Source: Malacoraja senta
Lineage: Eukaryota
Direction: 5' to 3'
NCBI GenBank assembly: GCA_038087875.1
Contig: CM075995.1
Location: 10,170,001-10,234,000, forward strand
Length of the DNA: 64,000 nucleotides
Below, one piece after another: positions 49,083 to 61,300 of this stretch; position 1 is the first letter of the stretch; every line of letters starts with the position of its first letter. A program made the position numbers and the translations under genes. The notes beneath the pieces were generated by a model. The model worked only from the letters and a program-made list of their open reading frames with translations, made no database searches and was not told the origin of the DNA.

Positions 49083-49379
49083 GTGAGGACCTGACCCCAA
49101 CCCATCACTTCCCATCCCTCATCTGATCCGCCCTGCAGGTGAGAATGTGACCCCTGACTCTCAACTGCTGCTCCACACAGGTGATCTCATGACCCCTGAC
49201 CTATCACCCCTGACCCTCACATCTCCGCCACGCAGGTGAGGACGTTACCCCTGACCCGCTATCTCTGACCCCTGACCCTCATCCGCTGCGTCACACAGTT
49301 GAGGACGGGATGGATCCCAGGTCTCATGCTGTGAGGCAGCAGTTCTACCGCTGCAGCTCTGTCACCCAAAACTCAGTGT

Positions 49380-49700
49380 TTACCCCTGGCTGCCTGTCCC
49401 TCTGATACACAGCCCCAGCGTGTTGTGTGTGTGTGTGACGGTTGTTACCCTCGGCTGCCTGTTCCACTGATACACAGCCCCAGCGTGGTGTGTGTGTGTG
49501 TGTGACAGTGGTTACCCTTGGCTGCCTGTCCCACTGACCCGAAGCCCAGCTTGGTGTGTGTGTGTGTGTGTGTCTGTGTGTGTTGGTACACTGTGCCATT
49601 ACCCGAGCTGCCTGTCCCACTGACACACAGCCATAGCGTGGTGTGTGTATGATGGTACACTGTGCCGTTACCCGGGCTGCCTGTCCCACTGACACACAGC
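49380..49700. repeat. Intronic ~65-bp imperfect tandem repeat containing (TG)n
   Basis: Five copies of GCTGCCTGTCCCACTGA.ACACAGC. Confidence 0.8.
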
Positions 49701-49719
49701 TCTGTGTCCACCCCCACAG

Positions 49720-49884
49720 GTTATTGCCATTGTGATGGATGTCTTCACTGACATTGACCTGTTTGATGAGGTGCTGGAGGCTGCCAGCCGGGAGATTCCT
49801 GTTTACCTTCTCCTGGACGAGATGCAGTCTCACCACTTTCTTGACATGGTGAAGAAGTGTAACGTCAACCTCAGCAACGTACAT
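49720..49884 (+). CDS. FAM83H: FAM83H, second coding exon
   Basis: Acceptor CCCCCACAG, VIAIVMDVFTDIDLFDEVLEAASREIPVYLLLDEMQSHHFLDMVKKCNVNLSNVH, donor CAT|GTAAGT; 165 nt, phase 0. Confidence 0.95.
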
Positions 49885-50485
49885 GTAAGTCTTGTTTCCC
49901 ATCGCGGCTGCACCAGGGCTGCCCAATGGTCTGGGGGGGGGGGGGGGGGGGGAGGGGGTGTTCCTCCAGTACCTGGCTACAGGGCCGTGCAAAAACCCCA
50001 CACTCTGATCATGGTGGTGTACAAAATCATGGGGGGGATAGATAGTCTTTTACCCAGAGTAGGGGAATCAAGAACCAGAGGACATGGGTTTAAGGTGAGG
50101 GGGGAAAGATTTATGAGGAACCTGAGGGGCAACTTTATCAGAACGAGCTGCCAGAGGAAGTGGTTGAGGCAGGTACTATCATAACATTTAAAAGACTCAA
50201 AGTGCTGGAGTAACTCAGCGGGTCAGGCAGCATCTCTGGAGAACATGGATAGGTGATGTTTTGGGATCGGGACCATTCTGCAGCTTTTAGCTGAAGGGTC
50301 CCAACTCAAAATGTTCTCCAGAGATGCTGCCTGACCAGCTGAATCCGTGAATTTCCTCGTTTCAACATTTAATAGACAGTTTTACAGGTATAGGAAAGGT
50401 TTGGAGGGAGATAGGCCAAATGCAGGCTTTAGATGGTGCGTCTAAAGTGGAGACAGACACAAAGTGCTGGAATAATCCGAGAATT

Positions 50486-50685
50486 NNNNNNNNNNNNNNN
50501 NNNNNNNNNNNNNNNNNNNNNNNNNNNNNNNNNNNNNNNNNNNNNNNNNNNNNNNNNNNNNNNNNNNNNNNNNNNNNNNNNNNNNNNNNNNNNNNNNNNN
50601 NNNNNNNNNNNNNNNNNNNNNNNNNNNNNNNNNNNNNNNNNNNNNNNNNNNNNNNNNNNNNNNNNNNNNNNNNNNNNNNNNNNNN
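50486..50685. other. Assembly gap of exactly 200 N
   Basis: A round-number N run, typical of a scaffolding join of unknown size. Confidence 0.98.
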
Positions 50686-53600
50686 CAACCTGCCCAGTCG
50701 GGTGAGGTGTTGTTCATCGACCTTGTGTCAGGCCTCATTGTAAAAGCGCACAAGGCCAGGGCCAGAGTCTGGATGCGATGGGCAGTTACAGGGACTCACT
50801 GCATCCTTCTCAACATTGACTTTGCCTATCCCAGTTTTCTGTTTGTAACAAAATCGCTTTCCCCACAGACACCGACTCATCTTTCACCATTCTGATTGCA
50901 AGTTGCAGCAACTTCTGTGACATGCATTTTGCATTTCTAACACATTCCTTTCTGTATAATCACTCTAGCTGTCTCTCAGCAGCTCAGCAGATAAATGCCT
51001 CACTGAACTCAACACCAGCCTTGTCCCATCAGAAACTTCCCTCTGTCCCAGCCTTCCTTCCCTCGCTCCCCCACCCTCCCTGCAACATTACACTGCCTTG
51101 TTCACGCCTCTCACTGAGTCAAGTCACGTCAAGTCACTTTTATTTCTATAACACATTTAAAAAACAACTCTGACCAAAGTGCTTTACGTTGGTGGAGGTA
51201 TTAACGTTATACAACTGTGCAGTGCTGTGTACAGCTCAGGCCACCACATTACAGGAGATGTGTTAGCACTGAATGTGTGCAGAGGAAATCCCCAGACAGT
51301 ACTCGGAACAGAGGGCTTCAGTTATCGGAAGGTATTAGATAATTTGGACTTTTTTTCCCTGGAATGAACAAGACTGATAGAAATAGACATTGTGCAGGGC
51401 ATAGATATCTAATTTCCCATGATAGGGACATAAAAAGGAGGGCAGATAGTTCAGGTGAGAGGAGAGAGATTTAAAGGGGACCTGAGGGATAAGTTTATTT
51501 TATATAAAGAGTGGTTGGTACCTGCAACACGGTTTCAGAGGAAGTGGTGGAATGTAGCACAATTACTTCATCTCAGAGGCATTTAGACAGAGGTAATTAG
51601 GCAAGACAGAGGGATAGGGTCTCAATCAAGTCAAACAGGATTAGTGCAGATTGGCAAACAGGTTAACATGGATGTGATAGGCTGAAGAGTCTGCCTGTGC
51701 CCTATTATCCATAACTGACTCACTCTCTCTCTCTACCTAGATGCCGCCTGACCTGCTGAGGATTTCCAGCATCTCACTTTGGATGTCTTCTGCTATAAGA
51801 GTGATCATTAATTCTGTAGGTCCCCAGTATGTGTGCACTGACTATGGGCTCAGCTGCAGTCTCTTCCCAGTCACACAGAGGCATCTCACGGCTCCCATTG
51901 AGTGTCACTGTTTGCAGGGTGAAAGGTCACCCGGCTCCCTCTGCTCCGACAGACCTGTAACTCAGGAGACAGAAACAACAGCAGCGGGCAGCATCTCCAT
52001 CAGGTAGGCTGCCAGTGTATACAGCCGGATATCCAACCATCTGCCAATTAACCCCCCTCACCTGTATTCACCTATCACTTGTCAGGCCTTGGTCTGCCCT
52101 CCATCTCCTTCCCAGCTTTCTTTCCCCGACTCCATCATACTGAAGAAAGATTCTGACCTGAAACGTCACCTATCCATGTCCTCGAGAGAAACTGCATGAC
52201 CCGCTGATTTCCTCCAGCACTACCCAGCAGGACAGAGATGAGCTAGAAATGCAGGCAGAAATGGCACGTGGAGTTTAATCTGGACAATTGATGTGTTGAA
52301 CTTTAGACGGCCATGTGTGAAAGATAAGGATACAATAAATAGCCAAGGCTTAAGGTGAGAGTGAAAAATGTAAAAGGGACATAGACGGTGGAGCGTATGT
52401 GGAATGAGCATCCAAAATGTTAAAGGTTGATACAATTTTAAGAGATAGGAAGGATTTGCAGGAATATGGGCCAGCAAAGACAATGGAGACTAGCTGAGTT
52501 AGGCAATTTGGTCGGCATGGATGAGTTGGGTTGAAAAGTGTTTCCATGTTGCACAGACATACTGTAACTATGACCCTTAAGGCATTGATGTAGAGGGGGA
52601 TCTGAGGGTGTAAGTCCATTGCTTCCTGAAAATGACAACACAAGTAGATGGAGTGCTGAAGATGATGTATGGCATGTTTGCCTTCATCGGTTGGGGCATC
52701 GGGAGAAACGTTGGGAAGGCACACAGCGGATTTATATAACATTATTTCGACCACATTTGGAGTATTGCATGCAGTTCTGGTCGCCCCATTATAGGAAGGA
52801 TGTGGAGGTTTGGAGAGTGTGTAGAGGAAGTTTACCAGAATGCTACCTGGTATTAGTTATGACAGGTTGGACAGACCTGGATTGTTTCCTCTGGAACATC
52901 CGAGATTGAAGGAAGACCTGATAAAAATCAAGACATTTATGACTGGCATTGATAGGCACTGCTACAACTTTTTTCTCCAAGGGTGGATCTATTAAATGCA
53001 ACAAGTAATTTTAAGTTGCGAAGGGGCTAATTTAAAGATAATAACATGAGGGCAAGTTTATTTAAATACACCTGGAAGGTGCTGCCAGGGGTGGTGGTAG
53101 AAGCAGATACGACAGCGATGTTTGAGAGGTATGCAGTTAGGCACATGAGCAGGCAGGGGATAGGGGTCCACGTCCTTGTAGATGAGATTAGCTTAATTTG
53201 GCATGATGGTGGGCACAGACATGGTGGGCCGAAGAGCCTGTTCCTGAGCTGTATTGTTCCAGGTTGGCAGGGTTTGAGCCGGGTTGTGCCCTGAGAAGGT
53301 TGGCAGCAAGATGGGCGTCTGGGTGGGAGTGGCCACTGTAGCTCGTAGCCACAATAGGCACCCCCGTCACCGCTCTGCCCCTTTACTGTTCACTTGGACA
53401 ACATACGTGGCTCTGATCACACAATGCCCAGAGTCAGTAGGGCAGGCACGAGTACCACAGCTGAGCACAACACAAAGCTAATGGCACGGAGCTGAGGTTG
53501 GGGCAAATACAGCACTTGTGCCTCCTCCATATTATTGTGTGGGTGGGCTGCAGGGTCGGTGTGGGCTGGAGGCAGTGAGCTCTCTGTGACACTGTGGGTG

Positions 53601-53981
53601 ACCCTGGTCAGACCACAGCCATGCTCTCGCCCCAGTGACAGTCATTTAAACATGGCCTGGTATCAGAACAGTGCCCCGCTGACCCCGAGCCTCAGTGACC
53701 CCGAGCCGCGGTGACCTCTCTCACACACTACAGGCGGCTGCGGGGAGTTTAATGACTATTATATCCCATTAGTCCATGGAACGCTCTGCGTCACTTTGGT
53801 ACTCCCGGAGACCGCGCAGTGCCCTCTTATATCGCGGTGCTATCCACCCCCCACCCCCCCACCCCCCACGCCCCCTGGATGTGGAGGGGCTGGGGCTGCC
53901 TGGCTCCATCCCCCCCCCCCCCCACCCCAAATGTCAGTGAGCCACAGTCGGGATGGCAGCATCTGGCCACCAGGGCCGTGG

Positions 53982-56765
53982 TTAAAACCTGCGGAACGAC
54001 CCAAAGAGCTTGGGAATGAACTTGGGCGTTCTCTTCTTGTCGGCTCCGTCCTTGTCCTTGGAGTCTTGCTGCCCCGAGAGGTTGCCCTCTGCCCTGGGGG
54101 GCTCGTCCCGCTTGTAGAACACCTCGAAGCGGCTGTAGACGCGCCGCTCCTTCCTGAAGCTGTCGATCCTGCGGATCAAGGGGTCAGTGTGGTCGGCCGG
54201 GCTGGGGGTTTCCTTGGGCTTCTCCGGCCCATCCACACATGGCTTGCTGACAACAGCGCTGTCACCCCCATCGGCCGGGGCTGGGCCGGAGGGACCCTGC
54301 TCCCCGCTGGCCGGCGGGGCTGCGGCTTGATGCCCTCCGACGCTGGGACCTCCAGGGTGACGATTTCCGCCCTTGCAACTTCTGATCTTTCGACCTCGGC
54401 CACGGGGACCTCCTTCCTGGCCCCCTCCCGGTTCTTCAGGCTGTTGGCGGAGATCTGCTCCAGGATGACCTTGGTGTCATCGCGGAGGTTGGTGCTGTAC
54501 AGGACGTTGGCCGAGGTGCTGTAGCGCCCACTAGATGCCAGTGCCGTGGCCTTGAGCACCGGCACTGCGCCAGGGGCCGCCGCAGGTCTCTGCGACTTCT
54601 CCTCCCTCGGAGATTGCTCACCACCCTTCTCTGTCTCACCGCTGGCCGCTCCCTGCCCAGGGATCTCCCTGGACATGCGGTCCCCCAGGAGGTTGAGGAA
54701 CTTCCTCGGTTTTGGGGAGACCTTGGGCGTTGTCGGGGCAGCAGGGGGTTCCCCATCCTCACTCCCCTGCCCGTTCATACATACGGTGGTGGAGTGCAGC
54801 CTGACCTTGACTGCACCCTCCTCCACAATGGGGGTGGGTGAGGGTCTCTTGTGAACTCAGTGGGGCCTAGTGCATCTCTGGTGACACTGACGGTCGATGG
54901 AGGCTGGAGTCCGGTGGGGATGGGTGAGGGTCTCTTGCGACACTCCGCAGTGCCCGGGGTGGGGGTCAGCGCCTCGCTGGTGATACTAATGGTCGGTGGA
55001 GGCTGGGGTCCGGTGGGAGGTGGTTTGGTGTCGGCCTCAGGGTGTTGAGGACTTGGCTTTGGGGTCAGAGTGGAGGAGATGACCACAGGCTGATTCTGGG
55101 TGTGGTCAGAGTGCGGCGGGACCACCACTTTGGCTGCCGACGTGCGCTGTGACATCTTGTTCAGGACGTCCTGGACCTTCTTGCTGAGCTGAAGGTCGAA
55201 TTTTGCCCTCTCCCTATGGTGAGTGTTGAGGATAATGTCCATACAGGATTGCCCTTGCTCCGGCTCTGGTTGCCCGGGAGCGACGGTCTCCGCTGGCGTG
55301 CGCTGGACATTCTCCGGCCCCTGGGTGTGACTGCGCCGCTCCTCATCGGCCGTCTCCTCTGATATCCCGCCTGGGGGAGGCGTCTGTTCCTGGCACTCCC
55401 TCACCTCGTCCTGCACCTGCTCTCGGATGCTCAGCACCTTGCGGCTCTTCTGAGTCATGTGCTGCTCGAGTTTGGAGGAGTTGAAGATGAGCGAGGAGCG
55501 TAGCCGTGAGCCGCGCTGCTGCAGGGGGTTGAGTTTGCTCCGTAGCGAGGCGTGTTTGGTCAGCTTCATCACCTGCTCCCCCTCCCCCTGCTCCATCACA
55601 TCATCACACACCTGCACCCTCTGCAGCTTGGAGCTGTTCAGGTCCAGCCGCTTGTAGCTGGTGAACTGCGGAGGGTCCCTGATCAGGGGGGTGTCGCACG
55701 GCTCCCCCTCCGTGTGCGGGTCCCCGGGCCCCTCGCTGTGGCCGACTGAGGAGTGCTCTTCCTCGGGCAGGCCCGGCTGGTCGCTGAGGTAGGAGCCCAG
55801 CCTCCAGCGCCGCAGCCCCAGCTTGGTGGGCTGGTCCTGGGGCTTGCGGGCCAGGCTCGACTCCTGGAACAGCATCCTGGGGTCCAGCACCTGCTTCTGT
55901 GTGGGCGACTTCTGGCAGGCATAGGACTGGCCAATGTTGGGCCGTTTCGGAATCTCAAGCCCCAGCCTTCCCTCACCCTCCAGCTCCATGTCGCTGGACC
56001 CATACCGCACTTCCCTGGAGCAGTTGGACAGCGGGGGTTGCAAGGGATACCCCGAGAGGAAAGCCTCCTCGTAATTTGTCTGCTCGTAGCCATGGGTGGC
56101 CGGGAGCGCTGGCTCTTCGGCCCAGCGAAAATCCTGGCGGCCGTGCTGGAACCTTTCAAACAGGCGTTGCTTACTGTTCATGGGCCGGAACCTCTCCCTC
56201 ATCACGCCAGGCTCCTTCTCCCGAAATATGTGGTCCGAGCGGGCGTCCAGCTGTTCGTGGTGCTCGCTCATCCAGCCGTAACGGTATTCCTTGGTGTCGT
56301 AGCTCTCCGCCGTTCCCTCCGCGTAGCTCCTACGCTTCAAAGCGTTCATCTCCATGCGCTTGGCTCTGAGCACTGAGCTGCAGACAGGCTCCTGCTGGTA
56401 GCTGGGCAACTGCTTGCCGTAGTTCCTGATGCCCGCACCCTCCCTGAACTGTGCCCCCTGACCCTCCGGCCTCATGATGTGGGGGAAACGCTCAGGGTCG
56501 GACTCGGCCCAGGACAGGCTGGAGTGCTGAGACAGGATGTCCTCCTGCAGAAAAGTGCGTACCCGGCCTGGGGCGGCCCCTCTGCCCACGCGAGTACGGG
56601 GCCACGCTGTAGTAGTTGTCCATGGCTGGCGCCTCGTTCTCCAGCCCCGCCAGTGGGAGCGACTGGGCGTAAAGAATGCGGAACTCCTCGTCAAAGATGC
56701 CCACCAGCTCGCCCTGGAACCTCTGCACGATGCTGCGGTGAATCTTCTCAAAGGACCACATGAAA
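53982..56765 (-). CDS. FAM83H: FAM83H, large last coding exon with three frameshifts as given
   Basis: Acceptor TGTCCCATAG. Motifs [12 protein letters not shown]...[48 protein letters not shown] and [13 protein letters not shown]...[10 protein letters not shown] are spread over ORFs 56492-56761, 54775-56844, 54176-54826 and 53982-54236. Confidence 0.88.
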
Positions 56766-58162
56766 CTATGGGACAGAGGTTACAAGACAGCGTCAGTGGA
56801 TGCACACACACACACCAGCCCAAAGCAGGTCCACACCTCACCACAACCCCGACGGGGGGAGGGGGGGGCTACAGAACCAGACCCACCTACCCCACCCAGG
56901 GGCTGCACGGCAGGGCATCCTTGGCGAGTAATTTACTCCCCCTCCCCCTCAATCTCTCCACAATTCACTGCACGGAGGACTAGAGGGGGTGGGGCACTCT
57001 CATGGAAAGCGAAAGGCATGATTTGTAAGTTTGCAGATGACACAGCACGGGGACAGGTGGTCTTGGAGACAGACAAGGTGGTTATCAAGCATTACAGCAG
57101 CATCTGATCAGTTGGGTAAGTCAGCAGAAGAATACCTAACAGCATTTAATTCAGCTAAGTGTGAAGGGTTGCACTATGTGAAGTCTGAACAGGACTGGAC
57201 CTTCACAGTGAATGGTGGTGAATCAGTGGAATTCATTGCCACAAATGGCTGTGGACTGTGGAAGCCAGGTATTTGGGTATTTTTAAAATGGAGATTGACG
57301 GATCCTTGACTAGTAAGAGTGTCAATGGTATGAGAACGGGGTAGATAGGGAAAGATAGACCAGCCATGATTGAAGGGTGGAGTAGACTCGATGGGCCAAA
57401 TGGCCTAATTCTGCTTTATAACTTGAATATGAATGGCAAAGTCCTGGGGAGCGCTGCAAAGAAATCTAGGACTTCAGGTACATTGTTCCTTGAACGTGGC
57501 ATCACAGGTAGATAAGGAGGTGAGGAATGCTTTTGGCATGCTGACCTTCACCAGTCAGGGATTTAATTACAGTTTTATTACAGTTTTACAAGATGCTGGT
57601 GGGGCCGAACCTGGAGTATTGTGTTCAGTTTTAGTCACCCTGCTACGAGAAAGATGCCATTAGGCTGGAGAGAGTGCAGAAGATTTATGACAATGTTGCC
57701 AGACTCATGGTTATGAGCTATGGGGCATAGGAGGTTGAGGGATGATCTTATAGAGGTGTATACAATCATGAGAGGAATAGATAGGGTGATTGCACAGTCT
57801 CGTACCCAAGGTGAAATAACCAAGAACAAGAGGATACAGGTTTGAGGTGAAAGAGGAAAGAATTAATAGGAACCTTTTCACTCAGATGATAGTGGGTATA
57901 TGGAAAGAGCTGCCAAAGGAAATATTTGAGGGAGTTATTATAACAGCACTATAACGTACTTTAACAAAGATATTTGGACAGGTTTAGAGGGTTATGGGCC
58001 AAACTTGGACAAATGGGACTAGTATAGATGGGGCACCTTGGCCTGTGTGGATAAGCTGCTCCACAAGACTCCCTGGGACCTACCATTCACTGCGTCCTGG
58101 CTTCACACATCCTTGGCATTGTGAGCCCAGGGTGATCGAGGTGACAGTGGGGGCTGACTCAC

Positions 58163-58287
58163 CTGTAGGAGCCGCAGAGCACAGCGTTGGTGTCAACCAG
58201 CAGGAAGCGTTCAATGAGGTTTCCAGTGAAGGAGAGCCCGGAGCGGCAGTAGTAGGTGGATCCGACCAATGTCCGCACACGCAGGAA
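58163..58287 (-). CDS. FAM83H: FAM83H, third coding exon
   Basis: Acceptor CTCTCTTGCAG, FLRVRTLVGSTYYCRSGLSFTGNLIERFLLVDTNAVLCGSY(S), donor AG|GTGAGT. 125 nt, phase 0 to 2, fitting both neighbouring exons. Confidence 0.95.
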
Positions 58288-58314
58288 CTGCAAGAGAGAT
58301 CGCAGTGAACCACC

Positions 58315-61300
58315 AGAGACACGTCAAACACGGGACGGAGACACGTCAAACACGGCACGGGGACACGCCAAACATGGCACGGGGTCACGTCAAACAAGGC
58401 ACGGGAACACGTCAAACACGGCACGGGGACACGCCAAACATGGCACGGGGACACGCCAAACATGGCACGGGGACACGCCAAACACGGCACGGGGACACGC
58501 CAAACACGGCACGGGGACAAGTCAAACACGATACATGGCACGGGGACACGTCAAACACGGCACGGGGACATGCCAAACACGGCACAGGACATGTCAAACA
58601 TGGCACGGGGACACGCCAAACACGGCACGGGGACACGTCAAACACGATACACGGCACGGGGACACGTCAAACACGGCACGGGGACACGCCAAACACGGCA
58701 CGGGGACACGTCAAACACGATACACGGCACCACGTCAAACAGGGCACGGGGACATGCCAAACACGGCACAGGACACGTCAAACACGGCACGGGGACACGT
58801 CAAACACGGCACGGGGACACGCCAAACACGGCACGGGGACACGTCAAACACGGCACGGGGACACGCCAAACACGGCACGGGGACACGTCAAACACGATAC
58901 ACGGCACAGGGACACGTCAAACACGGCACGGGGACACGCCAAACACGGAACGGGGACACGTCAAACACGGCACGGGGCCACGCCAAACACAGCACGGGGA
59001 CACGTCAAACACGATACACGGCATGGGGACACGTCAAACACGGCACGGGGACATGTCAAACACATATACGGCACGTGGACATGTCAAACACGGCACGGGG
59101 ACACGTCAAACACGATACACGGCACGGGGACCCGTCAAACACGGCACGGGGACATGCCAAACACGATACACGGCACGGGGACACGTCAAACACGGCACGG
59201 GGACACGTCAAACACGATACACGGCACGGGGACACGTCAAACACAGCACGGGGACACGCCAAACACGGCACGGGGACACGCCAAACACGGCACGGGGACA
59301 CGTCAAACACGATACACGGCACGGGGACACGTCAAACACGGCACGGGGACATGCCAAACACGGCATGGGGACACGTCAAACACGGCACGGGGACACGTCA
59401 AACACGATACACGGCACGGGGACATATCAAACGCGGCACGGGGACACGCCAAACACGGCACGGGGACATGCCAAACACGGCACGGGGACACGTCAAACAC
59501 GGCACAGGGACACGCCAAACACGGCACGGGGACACGTCAAACACGATACACGGCACGGGGACACGTCAAACACGGCACGGGGACACGCCAAACACGGCAC
59601 GGGGACACGTCAAACACGGCACGGGGACACGTCAAACACGATACACGGCACGGGGACATGTCAAACGCGGCATGGGGACACGCCAAACACGGCACGGGGA
59701 CACGCCAAACACGGCACGGGGACACGTCGAACACGGCACGGGGACACGCCAAACACGGCACGGGGACACGTCAAACACGATACACGGCACAGGGACACGT
59801 CAAACACGTCACGGGGATACGCCAAACACGGCACGGGGACACGTCAAACACGATACACGGCACGGGGACACGTCAAACATGGCACGGGGACAATCAAACA
59901 CGGCACGGGAACACGTCAAACACGGCATGGGGCGACGCCAAACATGGCACGGGGACACGCCAAACATGGCACGGGGACATGCCAAACACGGCACGGGGAC
60001 ACGTCAAACACGATACACGGCACGGGGACACGTCAAACACGGCACGGGGACACGCCAAACACGGCACGGGGACACGTCAAACACGGCACGGGGACACGTC
60101 AAACACGATACACGGCACGGGGACATATCAAACGCGGCACGGGGACACGCCAAACACGGCACGGGGACACGTCAAACACGGCACGGGGACACGTCAAACA
60201 TGATACACGGCACGGGGACATGTCAAACGCGGCATGGGGACACGCCAAACATGGCACGGGGACACGCCAAACACGGCACGGGGACACGTCGAACACGGCA
60301 CGGGGACACGCCAAACACGGCACGGGGACACGTCAAACACGATACACGGCACAGGGACACGTCAAACACGGCACGGGGACACCCCAAACATGGCACGGGG
60401 ACACGTCAAACACGATACACGGCACGGGGACACGTCAAACATGGCACGGGGACAATCAAACACGGCACGGGAACACGTCAAACACGGCATGGGGCGACGC
60501 CAAACATAGCACGGGGACACGCCAAACATGGCACGGGGACATGCCAAACACGGCACGGGGACACGTCAAACACGATACAAGGCACGGGGACACACCAAAC
60601 ATTGCACGGGGACACGTCAAACACGGCACGGGGATACGCCAAACACGGCACGGGGACACGTCAAACACGATACACGGCATGGGGACACATCAAACACGGC
60701 ACGGGGACATGTCAAACACATACACGGCACGGGGACATGTCAAACACGGCACGGGGACACGTCAAACACGATACACGGCACGGGGACACATCAAACACGG
60801 CACGGGGACACGCCAAACACGGCGGGGACACGTCAAACATGGCACGGGGACACGTCAAACACGATACACAGCACGGGGACATGTCAAACGCGGCACGGGG
60901 ACATGCCAAACACGCCACAGGGACACGCCAAACACGGCACGGGGACACGTCAAACACGGCACAGGGACACGCCAAACACGGCACGGGGACATGTCAAACA
61001 CGATACACGGCATGGGGACACGTCAAACACGGCACGGGGACACGCCAAACACGGCACGGGGACACGTCAAACACGGCACGGGGACACGCCAAACACGGCA
61101 CGGGGACACGTCAAACACGATACACGGCATGGAGACACGTCAAACACGGCACGGGGACATGTCAAACACATACACGGCATGGGGACATGTCAAACACGGC
61201 ACGGGGACACTTCAAACATGATACACGGCACGGGGGCACGTCAAACACGGCACGGGGACACTTCAAACATGATACACGGCACGGGGGCACGTCAAACACG

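Noticed and set aside
50362..50753. ORFs spanning the N run
   Set aside because: Artefacts of the assembly gap.
53796..56983. Plus-strand ORFs (242 aa, 207 aa, 156 aa, 148 aa)
   Set aside because: They are antisense shadows of the GC-rich FAM83H last exon.
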